Assembly: GCA_963797435.1 (NCBI GenBank)
Contig: CAWCPJ010000001.1
Coordinates: 348,962 to 412,961 of the forward strand
Direction: 5' to 3'
Length of the DNA: 64,000 nt
Origin: an uncultured Verrucomicrobiae bacterium
GTDB taxonomy: Bacteria; Verrucomicrobiota; Verrucomicrobiia; Opitutales; Opitutaceae
Below are positions 41,802 through 51,863 of this stretch, one piece after another; position 1 is the stretch's first letter, and each line of letters begins with the position of its first letter. Under the pieces are notes generated by a model that made no database searches, was not told the origin of the DNA, and was given only the letters and a program-made list of their open reading frames with translations. The position numbers were made by a program, and so were the translations under genes.

Positions 41802-44800
41802 ATGAACTCGCCTCGCCACGAGATGATCCTGGCGTCGGCGGGTTCGGGAAAAACCTACGCGCTGACGAATCGCTTCGTGCAGTTGCTTGCGCTGGGTGCG
41901 GCGCCGGAGCGCATCGTCGCCCTGACCTTCACGCGCAAGGCGGCCGGCGAGTTCTTCGACGAGATTCTCAAGAAGCTCGCGCGCGCCGCGACCGAACCGA
42001 CCTTCGCGGCAACGCTGGCAGCCGAGACCGGTGCGCCCCATTTCCAACCCGGGGATTTTCGCCGGCTCCTGCGCGCGGTCATCGATGTCATGCCGCGACT
42101 CGCGCTCGGCACCTTCGATTCGTTCTTCGCGCGCATCGTGCGTGCGTTTCCCCTCGAGCTCGGACTCAGTGGCGACTTCGAGATCCTGCAGGATTATTCC
42201 GCGCGCATCGAGCGCCGGCGCGTCCTGCGCCGGATGTTCGCGCGCACCAGCGGCGATCCCGACGCCGCCCAGCGCGCGTTCATGGAGTCCTTCAAGCGCG
42301 CGACCTTTGGTGTCGAGGAAAAGCAACTCGCCGCTCGGCTCGATGGCTTGTTCGACGCGCATCAGGAGGTGTTTCTGGCCGCGCCGGAGCGTGACGCCTG
42401 GGGCAATGCCGCGCGCATCTGGCCGGCCGGCTGCCCCTGGCTCGGCGGCGGCGACGCCAACCGCGCTGCAACCGCGCTGCAGCAGCGCCTGGCCGCGCGT
42501 TCCGATCTCAACGTCAAGCAGCGTGGGCGCTGGGAACTCTTCTTCGCCGCCCTGGCTGACTGGCTCCCCGGCGCACCCCTGCCGAAGCCGGTGGACTACA
42601 TTCTCAAAAACACGCTCGATGCGTGGGAGGCCGTGCTCGCGGGCGAGGCCGGGATCACGATCGAACGCCGCAAGGTCACGTTCGGGGCCGACGAATGCGA
42701 AACCCTTGCCGTGCTCGTCTGCGCGATCATCGGCGCGGAACTCGCCCGCCGCCTCGAGATCACGCAAGGCATCCACGCCGTCCTGAACGGATACGAGTCG
42801 TTCTACCACGATCTCGTCCGCCGCGCGGGGAAGCTGACGTTTGCCGATGTGCAACGTCTCCTCGAACCCGGCGCCGGCGGGCCGCTGTTGACGCGCGGCT
42901 CGGAAACCGACGATGTCTCGCATCGCCGCCTCCTGCTCGACTGGCGACTGGACGGGCAGTTCGATCACTGGTTGCTCGACGAGTTCCAGGATACCAGCCA
43001 CGGGCAGTGGACGGTCCTGCGCAACCTGATCGATGAGGTCGTCCAGGATGTCTCGCGACAGCGCACGTTTTTCTACGTCGGTGACGTGAAGCAGGCGATC
43101 TACGCCTGGCGGCAGGGCGATGCACGACTGCTGCGCGAGATCTTCACTCACTACAATCGCGCCAGCGCCGGCGTGCTTCCTCCCGGAGCCGGGCCGGCGA
43201 TTGCGGAACGCCGGCTCGACCGTTCCTTTCGCTCGGGGCCGGCGGTGCTCGCGATGGTCAACCGGGTGTTGGGCGACGCCGCCGTCCTCGCGTCCCTGTT
43301 TCCGCGCGAAGCCGCCGAACGCTGGTCGCACGAATGGCGCGACCACACGAGCGCGCGCCCCGATCGCGTCGGTCACGCGGCGTGGTTGCTGGTCGACGAC
43401 GAAGACGCTCGCTTCGCCGGCACGCAAATGCTGCTGCAGGAAATCCGGCCGCTCGAGCGTGGTTTGTCCGTCGCGGTCCTCGTGCAGAAGAACGACACGG
43501 CCGCCCGCCTGGCCGATTTTCTCCGCCGGGAGACCGGGCTGACCGCCGTCGCGGAATCCGACCTGCACGTCTCCATGGACAATCCGCTGACCGCCGCGGT
43601 GATGGCGTTGTTCAAGGCCGCCGCCCATCCCGGCGACCGGTTGGCGCGCGAACACGTGCGCATGACGCCGTTGTTCCGCGCGATGACGGCCGACGGGGTC
43701 GACGCTCCCGATGCCCTCACCGACGCACTGCTCCGCCGGATCCACGTCGACGGCTTTGCCGGCACGGTCGAACACTGGCTGCGCAAACTCGAACCGGCCC
43801 TCGCCGCCGCCGATGCGTTCAGCCGCGAACGCGGTCGTCAGCTCGCGGAGGCCGCCCGCCTCTTCGACGAGACCGGTGGGCGCGACGTGGCCGAGTTTCT
43901 CGCCTTCCTCGAGCGGCACACCGTGCGCGATCCGGAAACCGCGGATGTCGTGCGCGTGATGACGATCCACAAGTCGAAGGGCCTCGGGTTCGACGTCGTC
44001 ATCCTGCCCGATCTTGAAGGCGACCGCCTCGCCCAACGCCGCGAAGGCCTCGCCGTGCAACGCACGCCGGAACGCGAAGTGTCCTGGGTCTTCGACCTGC
44101 CGCCGCGGATCTTTCGTGACCACGACGAAATCCTCGGCGCCCACGTCACCGCCGCGGAAGCCGACGGATGCTACGACAAGCTCGCCCTGCTCTACGTCGG
44201 CATGACGCGCGCCAAGCGCGGGCTGTATGTCATCACCGAACCCGTGGGAAAATCGGTCTCGCAGAATTTTCCCCGGCTGCTCACGACCACGCTCGGCCAG
44301 GAGACGGAACCGGTACGCATCGGGGACCAATCCTTCACCGCCGGATTCAGCACGGGAGATCCCGCGTGGTTTTGCCAGGTGAAGCCGACCGGCCGGCCGC
44401 CGCCGGCGACCCCCACCATCGCACCCGTGGATCGTGCGCGGACCCGGCGCAGTGTGCGCCTGCCGGCCCGGCAGGCTTCTGCGATCGAGACGGGGACGTT
44501 GTCCGGCGCGGTTCTATTTGCGGAGACCGATCGCGACGCCTCCGCATTCGGTCTCGCCGTGCACAGCGCCCTGGCCGCCGTGGAATGGTGGAACCCTGGG
44601 CAGGCGGCCGGTTGGGAATCGGCGCAGCGTGCCGCGGGTCTCTCTCCCGACGCCATCGCCCTGGCGCGAGCGAGTCTCGATGCGCCGGCGTTGGCGAAGG
44701 TGTTCCAACGGCCCTCCGACCGCTCCCCACGGTCTGGCGCGAACGCAGTTTCGAAATCGTGCTCGACGGTGCGTGGATCACCGGCCGTTTTGACCGGGTC

Positions 44801-45049
44801 GTCGTGGAACCTGATCACGCCGGACGCGTCCATCAGGTCCACGTGTATGACTTCAAGACCAATCAGGTGGGACCCGACGCCGCGAGCCGGCAATCGGCCG
44901 CCCAACGCTATGCGCCACAGATGCGATGGTATCGACGCGCCGCTGCAATCCTGGCCGGGGTGCCGGAGACTTCGGTCACCTGCGCCATTGTGCTGATCGC
45001 CGCGCGTGACGCCGCCGGTCAGGTCCCGGAACCATCGCTGTTGACTTGA
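41802..45049 (+). pseudogene. addA: AddA-like UvrD/Rep-family helicase with a C-terminal PD-(D/E)XK nuclease, interrupted by a 1-nt frameshift at about 44700-44730
   Basis: N-terminal ASAGSGKT Walker A and UvrD motifs. The C-terminal nuclease motifs (WRERSFEIVLDGAWITGRFDRVVVE ... VHVYDFKTNQ) are in the alternative frame (ORF 44168-45049). Junction sits in a ccctccgaccgctcccca tract. Confidence 0.7.
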
Positions 45050-46098
45050 AACCCGGCGGACTTCGCCAATCAGTAGGCCCCGGCATGTCGCCTTGTTTCC
45101 GTTTTGCCCACGAGATCGTCACCGCACGCGTATCCGCGTCGGACCCCGGCGAGCACTGGACGCGTCCCTCGAGATTGTCGGCGTGCCTGCTCGTCGCGAT
45201 CGGCGCCCTGGCCCTCACCTGCGTTTCCGGGGCTGTCGCGGCCGATGATCCGCTGCCTCCGGAACCCACCAACGGCGAGTGGATCCAGGACATCCTGGCC
45301 GACGACAGCCTCTGGTTCGCCGCGTCGACCAATCTCGATTTCGAAGCGGTCGCGAAGGATCTGAGCGATTATCCCCAGGGACGCCGCTGGGTGCGCGTCA
45401 TCGATGGCAAGGCCGCCTGGGTGATGTATTATGTTCCCGGCGACCTGCTCGGCTTCGAGGTGGACACGCATCATTATGGCGCGCTCGCCACGGACTTTCG
45501 TTTCTCGGCCGGCGCCGCATGGGACGAACTCGCGCCGGTCGACGCCGAGTACGAGGAAATCACGGGCTTCGAGGCGAAGTGGATGCGCCTTTACCGCGCG
45601 GTCGAAAACCTGCCCGCCGGCACGCATTTCCTGCGCATCGAGTTTCCGGACGACCGGGACCGCGCCGCGTCGCGTCTCACCGAAGTGTGGTTGCGGTGCA
45701 ATTTCGAAAACAAGGCGCCGGAAAGGCATGCTGACGACATGCTCAACCCATTCGTCGCGGCGCCGTCGCATCCCGCGCCCGGGCCCGCGCAACCGGCCGC
45801 GCGGATGACCACGGTGGAGGACACGCCGCCACCGCCCGCCGGCGACGCCAGCACGGTCGAGCCTTACGTGGTGAACGAGATCAACTTTGTACCGGTTGCC
45901 CTGTCCGCCCCCGCGCCGGTCTTCTCGGCCAAGGATGTCGAACCGGTGATCCCGGGCGCGAATGTCCGCCTGCCGATCCTCGTGACGAACGCCGACTTCA
46001 TTGCGGACTACGCACCGCTGTTGGAGCAGTCCGGTACAACGACGCCGCCGACAAATATCTTCAGGAGACTCCTCGACACGATTCGCCACGTCTTTTGA
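45046..46098 (+). CDS. hypothetical exported protein
   Basis: TTG start overlaps the AddA stop; hydrophobic signal/TM (LLVAIGALALTCVSGAVAA); no recognised domain; Pro/Ala-rich middle. Confidence 0.45.
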   Translation: MKPGGLRQSVGPGMSPCFRFAHEIVTARVSASDPGEHWTRPSRLSACLLVAIGALALTCVSGAVAADDPLPPEPTNGEWIQDILADDSLWFAASTNLDFEAVAKDLSDYPQGRRWVRVIDGKAAWVMYYVPGDLLGFEVDTHHYGALATDFRFSAGAAWDELAPVDAEYEEITGFEAKWMRLYRAVENLPAGTHFLRIEFPDDRDRAASRLTEVWLRCNFENKAPERHADDMLNPFVAAPSHPAPGPAQPAARMTTVEDTPPPPAGDASTVEPYVVNEINFVPVALSAPAPVFSAKDVEPVIPGANVRLPILVTNADFIADYAPLLEQSGTTTPPTNIFRRLLDTIRHVF

Positions 46099-46100
46099 TA

Positions 46101-46237
46101 CGTCAGCTTCCCGCTGACGCCGACAAACAATGTGGCGGCCGCCACATTGTTTGTCGGAAGGGAAACCCCGCAAAACGGAGCCAGGAGCCACCCGGCAATC
46201 GGACAAAAAATGTTGCGGCCGCCACACGGTTTGTCGG
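46101..46237. repeat. tandem palindromic elements: hairpin CGTCAGC-TTCCC-GCTGACG, then a perfect 38-bp palindrome (46120-46157) and a degenerate third copy (46200-46237), all with a GCGGCCGC core
   Basis: ccgacaaacaatgtggcggccgccacattgtttgtcgg is perfect. cggacaaaaaatgttgcggccgccacacggtttgtcgg is imperfect. Same family as the palindrome at 35854-35913, with compensatory stem changes (AACAATGT vs AAACTTGT). Confidence 0.8.
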
Positions 46238-46329
46238 AAACGGAGCCCCTTCTTCCCGGCGCGCGAAAGCTCGATGGGTCGCCCGCGGACGCCAAGGGCC
46301 GGGACGAGTCCAAGGGATCACCCAGATCT

Positions 46330-46500
46330 CGTTTCGACACGAAACACACCCCGGTGCTGCGCGCCAACCCTCTCGAGAGGGGACCAGTTTTGTGCGCTGC
46401 GCGCCAAGAAATGCGACGTCCGACAGCGCCAGGAATCCTCCTTTCGAGAGGGGCCTGATTCGTGCGTTGCGCGCCCGTAGGCCAGATCCCTCTGCGCCAG
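46330..46500. repeat. short direct/inverted repeat cluster in the 5' region of the thioesterase gene
   Basis: Three copies of GTGC(K)(Y)TGCGCGCC(A/C) (about 46340, 46392, 46463) and two copies of CCYYTCGAGAGGGG(A/C)CC, which contain the palindrome TCTCGAGA/TTCGAGA (about 46367, 46438). Confidence 0.6.
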
Positions 46501-46579
46501 GTCGAGGTGGCGCGTAAGTGCCAATTCGCTGGCGCCCGCCACACCGGTTTCCTTTCCTCGACAAAACCGCCCTTCGCCC

Positions 46580-46993
46580 ATGCTGACGAACCGCAGCCAG
46601 ATCCGCGTGCGTTACGCCGAAACCGACATGATGGGCATTGCCTACCATGCGAACTATCTGCCGTGGCTGGAGATTGGCCGCACCGAGTTGCTGCGCGAAC
46701 ACGGGTTCCCCTATGCGGAACTGGAACGCCTCGGCTATCGCCTGCCGGTACTCGAGGTAAACATCCGCTACACGCGACCGGCGCTCTATGACGATGTCGT
46801 CGTCATCGAGACGACCCTGCGCGAGAAACCCAGCGTCCGGATCAATCTCGACTATCGACTCACCCGCGGCGATGCGCTGCTCGCAACCGCCCGCACCATG
46901 CACGCGTTTCTCAATCACCAGAACGAACCGGTGCGCCCTCCTCCGGATTTCATGGTCGCGGTCGAGCAATGGTTTCCGCTGGCAGATTCGTGA
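46580..46993 (+). CDS. YbgC/4HBT-family acyl-CoA thioesterase
   Basis: Hot-dog fold motifs VRYAETDMMGIAYHANYLPWLEIGRTELL; 137 aa. Confidence 0.8.
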   Translation: MLTNRSQIRVRYAETDMMGIAYHANYLPWLEIGRTELLREHGFPYAELERLGYRLPVLEVNIRYTRPALYDDVVVIETTLREKPSVRINLDYRLTRGDALLATARTMHAFLNHQNEPVRPPPDFMVAVEQWFPLADS

Positions 46994-48251
46994 GGCCAGC
47001 TTGATATTCCGCCAGCACGGCAGCGTCACGTTCGTCCGCCTGCAACGAGGCCAGTCGCACGCGAGCCGCGTCCCCGCCGATCAGTCGATTCAGGGCCCAG
47101 ACCGCGTGCGCGCGCACGACCGGTGACTCGTGCCCGCAAAGCCGTTCGACCGCCCGTGCCACCGCGCTTCGATCCTCGCCGCCACCGAAATGCCATTCGC
47201 TCGAATCGTGCCAGTTGCCCGCCGCGACGCACGCATTGCGGAGGAGGCCCGCCAACTTCACGCGCTTGACCGGGGATTTGCGAAACACCTCGCGAAACCG
47301 CGTCTCGTCCATCGTGAGCAGGTCGAGCAGCGTCAGATCGACAAGTTCCGTGCGCGCATGCACCAGGACACTGCGCCCGGCCTGGGCAAAGCGATTCCAG
47401 GGACAGACGTCCAGGCAGACGTCGCATCCGAAGACGCGCCCGCCAAACCCCGCGCGCAACTCGCGCGGTATCATCCCGCGGTTTTCGATCGTGTGGTATG
47501 CAATGCAGCGCCGCGCATCCACCCAACCGGGTCGCGGGAAGGCGTTCGTCGGACATGACGCGAGGCATCGCGTGCATGAACCGCAATGCAGACCAACCGT
47601 CGGAATGTGTCTCGCCGGCACGGCCGGACCTGGCCCCCGGGCCGCCTCGGCGGGTGACGAATCGTCCGACGTTCCCGACCCAAGGTCGGGTCCCGCCCGC
47701 CGGCCGCGCAGCGGTTCATCCGGGGGAATATCGCAGCGCACAAGCACGGCGGCGAGCAGCAGCCAGTTGCCATGGTCCCGCGAGATCAGCATGGCGTTCT
47801 TGCCCTGCCAGCCGATACCCGCCGCCGCCGCCCAACCGCGCTCGATCACCGGGCCGGTGTCGACGTAGGCGCGATAGTCGTCGCGGGTGAGGCCGCATGC
47901 GGTTGCGAGGATGGTCTCCGCCGCGCGCAACCCGCGGCCGATGGTGTCGTGGTAGTCGGACCAGAGGGCGTATTTTGCCCAGCGCTGTTGCGCCAACGCA
48001 GCCTCCGCCGGCCGCGCATTGACGCCCAGCACGATCATGGTTCGCGCTCCGGGCAGCACCTGTCGCGGGTCGGCGCGTTTTTCCGCGGTGCCGGGCAGCC
48101 AGTTCATGTCGGCGTGATGCCCCGCCGCGAGCCATGCCTGGAAACCGTCCTTGGTCGCGGGTGCGCCCGGATCGACGGCCGCAAAACGCACGACGTCGAA
48201 GCCCGGCGCGGCGAGCGCGGTGCGCAGACGCTCGCGTTCCTCCCGCGTCAT
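46950..48251 (-). CDS. queG: epoxyqueuosine reductase QueG
   Basis: Two 4Fe-4S ferredoxin motifs (CGSCTRCLASCP, CDVCLDVCPWN), a cobalamin-binding-type core and C-terminal HEAT-like repeats. Convergent overlap with the thioesterase 3' end. Confidence 0.8.
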   Translation of the reverse strand: MTREERERLRTALAAPGFDVVRFAAVDPGAPATKDGFQAWLAAGHHADMNWLPGTAEKRADPRQVLPGARTMIVLGVNARPAEAALAQQRWAKYALWSDYHDTIGRGLRAAETILATACGLTRDDYRAYVDTGPVIERGWAAAAGIGWQGKNAMLISRDHGNWLLLAAVLVRCDIPPDEPLRGRRAGPDLGSGTSDDSSPAEAARGPGPAVPARHIPTVGLHCGSCTRCLASCPTNAFPRPGWVDARRCIAYHTIENRGMIPRELRAGFGGRVFGCDVCLDVCPWNRFAQAGRSVLVHARTELVDLTLLDLLTMDETRFREVFRKSPVKRVKLAGLLRNACVAAGNWHDSSEWHFGGGEDRSAVARAVERLCGHESPVVRAHAVWALNRLIGGDAARVRLASLQADERDAAVLAEYQAGLTNLPAETIARPRP

Positions 48252-48811
48252 GCGATCGAACTTTTCCGAAACTCGCGTGCCTCGCGCAGGTAGACGCGCT
48301 GGACGTGCGCGACGATTTCACCCAACGGCCGGTAATCCGTGAGCACCTGGGTCCCGGCCGCGCGATAGACGGGGTCGCGCTTCTCCAGCAGTTCCCGAAT
48401 CCGCCCCAGCGGATCGTCGACGGCGAGCAACGGCCGGATGCGGTGCGTCTGGGTGCGGGACAAGATCGTCTCGGGCCGGGCCGTGAGACAAACGATCACG
48501 CCGCGTTCCCGAAGTCGCTCGATGATGCCTTCCTGCAGGACCAGGCCGCCGCCACACGAAACGATGCAACCTTCCGTCGGATGACCGTTCTCCACGAACT
48601 CGCGCTCGAGTTCACGAAACGCCGCCTCTCCCCTCTGCGCGAAAAGATCGCTGATCGACATGCCGGCGCGCCGCTCGATCTCCGCGTCGCTGTCGATCAA
48701 GTTCATGCCGAGACGCTGCGACAGGACACGCCCCACCGTGCTCTTGCCGGTTCCCATGAAACCGACGAGATACAGGTTCACCTTCGCGCCTGACGTGCCG
48801 TGCTCGGACAT
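48248..48811 (-). CDS. aroK: shikimate kinase
   Basis: Walker A GFMGTGKST and shikimate-binding region. 4-nt overlap with the queG start. Start assigned to an internal ATG (MSEHGTS...). Confidence 0.8.
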   Translation of the reverse strand: MSEHGTSGAKVNLYLVGFMGTGKSTVGRVLSQRLGMNLIDSDAEIERRAGMSISDLFAQRGEAAFRELEREFVENGHPTEGCIVSCGGGLVLQEGIIERLRERGVIVCLTARPETILSRTQTHRIRPLLAVDDPLGRIRELLEKRDPVYRAAGTQVLTDYRPLGEIVAHVQRVYLREAREFRKSSIA

Positions 48812-49042
48812 ATTCCGGGAAAACCCACTATGCACCAAAGCCCGTCATTGGCCAAAAGAAAGATCGGCGCGCGCGGGGTGCGTCTCCCGGATGTCGGCGA
48901 CGAGGAGAAACAAAGCGGCGCGCAGTGCCGCACTCCCGGACGCGGTTGCGCGGCTCTGAACCGCAGGGACAATGCCACCGCCGTTCCTGAAACAGTCTCG
49001 CGCCCGCGCGCTTCGTTGCGCTTGATGCCGACCCTTCGCGCC

Positions 49043-50074
49043 ATGCGTTACGATTTTGCGAGCGACAACGCCGCCGGCATCTGTCCCGAAGCTGCGGCTG
49101 CCCTGCACGAAGCCGGCGACGGTTACGCGTCGTCCTACGGCGCCGACCCGTGGACCACGCGCGCGGTCGAGGCGGTCCGCGCGCTGTTCGAGACCGAGTG
49201 CGACGTGTTCTTCGTGTTCAACGGCACCGCCGCAAACGCCCTTTCGCTCGCCGCCGCGTGTCGGTCCTATCAAAGCGTCATCTGCCATGACCAGGCGCAC
49301 GCCGAGCGCGACGAGTGCGGCGCGCCGGAATTCTTCACCGGTGGCGCCAAGGTCGAGCTTTCCGGTGGTCCCGCCGGCAAGCTCGATCCGGCTCCGCTCG
49401 ATGGCTTGATCACGAATCGCCGCGACGTGCATTCGCCCAAGCCCGGAGCGATCACGATCACCCAGTCAACGGAACTCGGCACCGTCTATCAGCCCGCCGA
49501 GATCGCGGCGCTGGCCGCGGTTGCGCGCCGACACGGACTGGTGATGCACATGGATGGCGCCCGCTTTGCCAATGCCGTCGTGTCCGCGGGCGTCGCTCCT
49601 CGCGCGCTCACCTGGGAGGCGGGCGTCGACCTCCTGAGCCTGGGCGGGACCAAGAACGGCCTCGCGGTCGGCGAAGCGATCGTGATCTTCCGTCGCGCAC
49701 TCGCCACGGATTTTGCGTACCGGGTCAAGCAGTCGGGGCAGTTGTGTTCAAAGATGCGTTTTCTCGCCGCCCCGTGGTTCGGCGTGCTGCGCGACGGCTC
49801 CTGGTTGCGTCACGCGGCCCATGCCAACGCCATGGCCCGCCTGCTCGCGAATCGCCTGGCCGGACTTCCGGGCGTGAAACTGCTGTTCCCCGTCGAAGCC
49901 AACGGCGTCTTTGCGGAGATGTCGCCCGCATTGGCCGCAGCCCTGCAGGCGCGGGGCTGGCAGTTCTATCACTTCATCGGGGAGAACGGCTATCGGCTCA
50001 TGTGTTCGTGGCAGACGACGGAAGCGGCGATCGCTGCGTTCATCGCGGATGCGCACGCCTGTGCAGGCGCCTGA
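49043..50074 (+). CDS. ltaE: low-specificity L-threonine aldolase (PLP-dependent)
   Basis: MRYDFASDNAAG... FNGTAANALSL ... PLP Lys region GGTKNGLAVGEA. The alternative ATG at 49025 is in frame. Confidence 0.8.
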   Translation: MRYDFASDNAAGICPEAAAALHEAGDGYASSYGADPWTTRAVEAVRALFETECDVFFVFNGTAANALSLAAACRSYQSVICHDQAHAERDECGAPEFFTGGAKVELSGGPAGKLDPAPLDGLITNRRDVHSPKPGAITITQSTELGTVYQPAEIAALAAVARRHGLVMHMDGARFANAVVSAGVAPRALTWEAGVDLLSLGGTKNGLAVGEAIVIFRRALATDFAYRVKQSGQLCSKMRFLAAPWFGVLRDGSWLRHAAHANAMARLLANRLAGLPGVKLLFPVEANGVFAEMSPALAAALQARGWQFYHFIGENGYRLMCSWQTTEAAIAAFIADAHACAGA

Positions 50075-50253
50075 CGCGCGGTCAGGTAATCGCCCCGACT
50101 CCGGAGGTCGCGGCGGTGTCATTCTGGAGGACCCACCCCGGGGTGGACCGCGGACGACAACGATTTCGTCCCTTCACTGCCCTGGGTTGTGCGCGGTCTC
50201 CGAGCGCGCCGGATCGATCAATTCGCGTCTGCGGCCGAGCCGGAGACCGCGCC

Positions 50254-50820
50254 CTAACGTGCTCGCCACGACTGGCGTTGTTCCCAATCCGCCCGCGTAA
50301 GCGCGTAGAGTTTCGCATCCTCCGGCTGGCCCCACTTCACGAAGGCGTGGACCTGCACCCCCACGGGCTGCATGCCGATTTTTTCCATCACCCGTCCGGA
50401 CGCGGGGTTTCTCGTGAAGTGGTGCGCGCGCACGCAGTCGACGTGGAAGGTTTGGAAGAGGTAGTCGACCAGCGCGCCCGCCGCCTCGGTGCAATAGCCC
50501 TGGTTCCAATACGGCACGCCGATCCAGTAACCTATTTCCGATTCACGCGGTTCCGTCTTGATGGTGAACCCGATCGCCCCGATCAGGTCGCCGGAGGCGC
50601 GGAGCGTCACCGCGAAAACGAGTCCGCGGCCGAGTTCCCAGGCCGCCTCGTGGGTGGCGATCCACGCCTCGGCGGCCCCGTCGGGATACGGATGCGGGAT
50701 GAGCATCGTTGTCTCGGCCACGCGCCGGTCACCGGCGAGACGCTGCACATCCGGCGCATCCGCTTCCGCGAAGGCGCGCAGGTGCAGGCGGGTCGTGAAA
50801 ATCTCCGGATATGCGGGCAC
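50254..50820 (-). CDS. GNAT-family N-acetyltransferase (RimJ/RimL-like)
   Basis: GNAT motifs (LHLRAF..., IGAIGF..., YWIGVPYWNQGYCTEA). No ATG near the domain start; start assumed at GTG 50818-50820, preceded by AAGGA. Confidence 0.6.
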   Translation of the reverse strand: MPAYPEIFTTRLHLRAFAEADAPDVQRLAGDRRVAETTMLIPHPYPDGAAEAWIATHEAAWELGRGLVFAVTLRASGDLIGAIGFTIKTEPRESEIGYWIGVPYWNQGYCTEAAGALVDYLFQTFHVDCVRAHHFTRNPASGRVMEKIGMQPVGVQVHAFVKWGQPEDAKLYALTRADWEQRQSWRAR

Positions 50821-50921
50821 GGTTCCTTGCGAGTTGGCGAAGCGCGAGGGCGATGCTGAATCCTCCCCTTGGAAAACGGCGATCCAGCGTCGGTGGTCAA
50901 GATTAGTAGTGAAACCCCGGG

Positions 50922-51863
50922 TCAGTGCGCGAGCGATGCCGCCTGCGCGCGCGGGACAAGGATGCGCAGGGACTGCGGACGCACCTCGATGTCGAACGTG
51001 GCGGGGGCGTCGTGGATTTCGCCGTCGGTATGAATCGGGCCAGACGCGGCGCGACGGATACGGAAACGCGGCGCGACCGCACCGCGGGCGAAACGTGAAC
51101 GATGCATGGAGCGGGTGAATAGCCGGATGACCAACGGCAGCGCGAGCAGGAGGTTCCCCGTCGTCAACGCCACGAAATCGAGCCGGCCGTCGTCGAGTCT
51201 TGCGCGCGGGGCGATGCGCGCGTTGTTCCCGTACTGGGTCGAGTTCGCCACGCTCGCCAAAAATGCGTCCACGCTGAACGCCGCCCCGCCCTCGGGTTCG
51301 ACCGTGATCCGTTGCTTGCGATAGGCAAAAAACGCGCGGAAGCCGATCTGGACGTAGTTGAAGAAGCCGCGGCCCTTGCACGCGTTGAAACGCCGGCCGA
51401 TCTCCGCATCGAAGCCGAGCCCCATGACGTTGAAGAACGCGTGGCCATCAACGATGCCGGTGTCGATCACCCGCACGGCCCCGTCAAGCAGGACGTCGAG
51501 CGCACGATCGAAATCCATCGGCAGGCCGAGGTCGCGGCCGAGCCCGTTGCCCGAACCCGTGGGAATCATGCCGTAGAGCGCAGAGGTCGCGACGAGTCCG
51601 GACGCCACTTCATTCATCGTTCCGTCGCCGCCAACCGACACCACGAGTTGCACGCCCGCCGCCGCCGCATCCCGGGCGAGTTCGGTCGCGTGTCCGCGCC
51701 GGGTGGTGAGCGCGATCGTCGCGTCAAGCTGGTGTCGCGCGATGAATTGCTCGACGCGTTCGCTGCGGCGCGCCCGCGCCGACAATTTGCCCGAGGCTGG
51801 ATTCAGAATGAAGACCGAACGCAGTGACCGGATACTGGCGTGGCCGGCCGCGCCGTTGTTCAT
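50922..51863 (-). CDS. diacylglycerol-kinase-catalytic-domain lipid kinase (YegS/BmrU-like)
   Basis: DAGK_cat motifs ILNPASG, VSVGGDGTMNEV, IPTGSGNGL; ~313 aa. ATG at 51861-51863 on the minus strand, 4-nt overlap with the GT4 stop. Confidence 0.8.
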   Translation of the reverse strand: MNNGAAGHASIRSLRSVFILNPASGKLSARARRSERVEQFIARHQLDATIALTTRRGHATELARDAAAAGVQLVVSVGGDGTMNEVASGLVATSALYGMIPTGSGNGLGRDLGLPMDFDRALDVLLDGAVRVIDTGIVDGHAFFNVMGLGFDAEIGRRFNACKGRGFFNYVQIGFRAFFAYRKQRITVEPEGGAAFSVDAFLASVANSTQYGNNARIAPRARLDDGRLDFVALTTGNLLLALPLVIRLFTRSMHRSRFARGAVAPRFRIRRAASGPIHTDGEIHDAPATFDIEVRPQSLRILVPRAQAASLAH

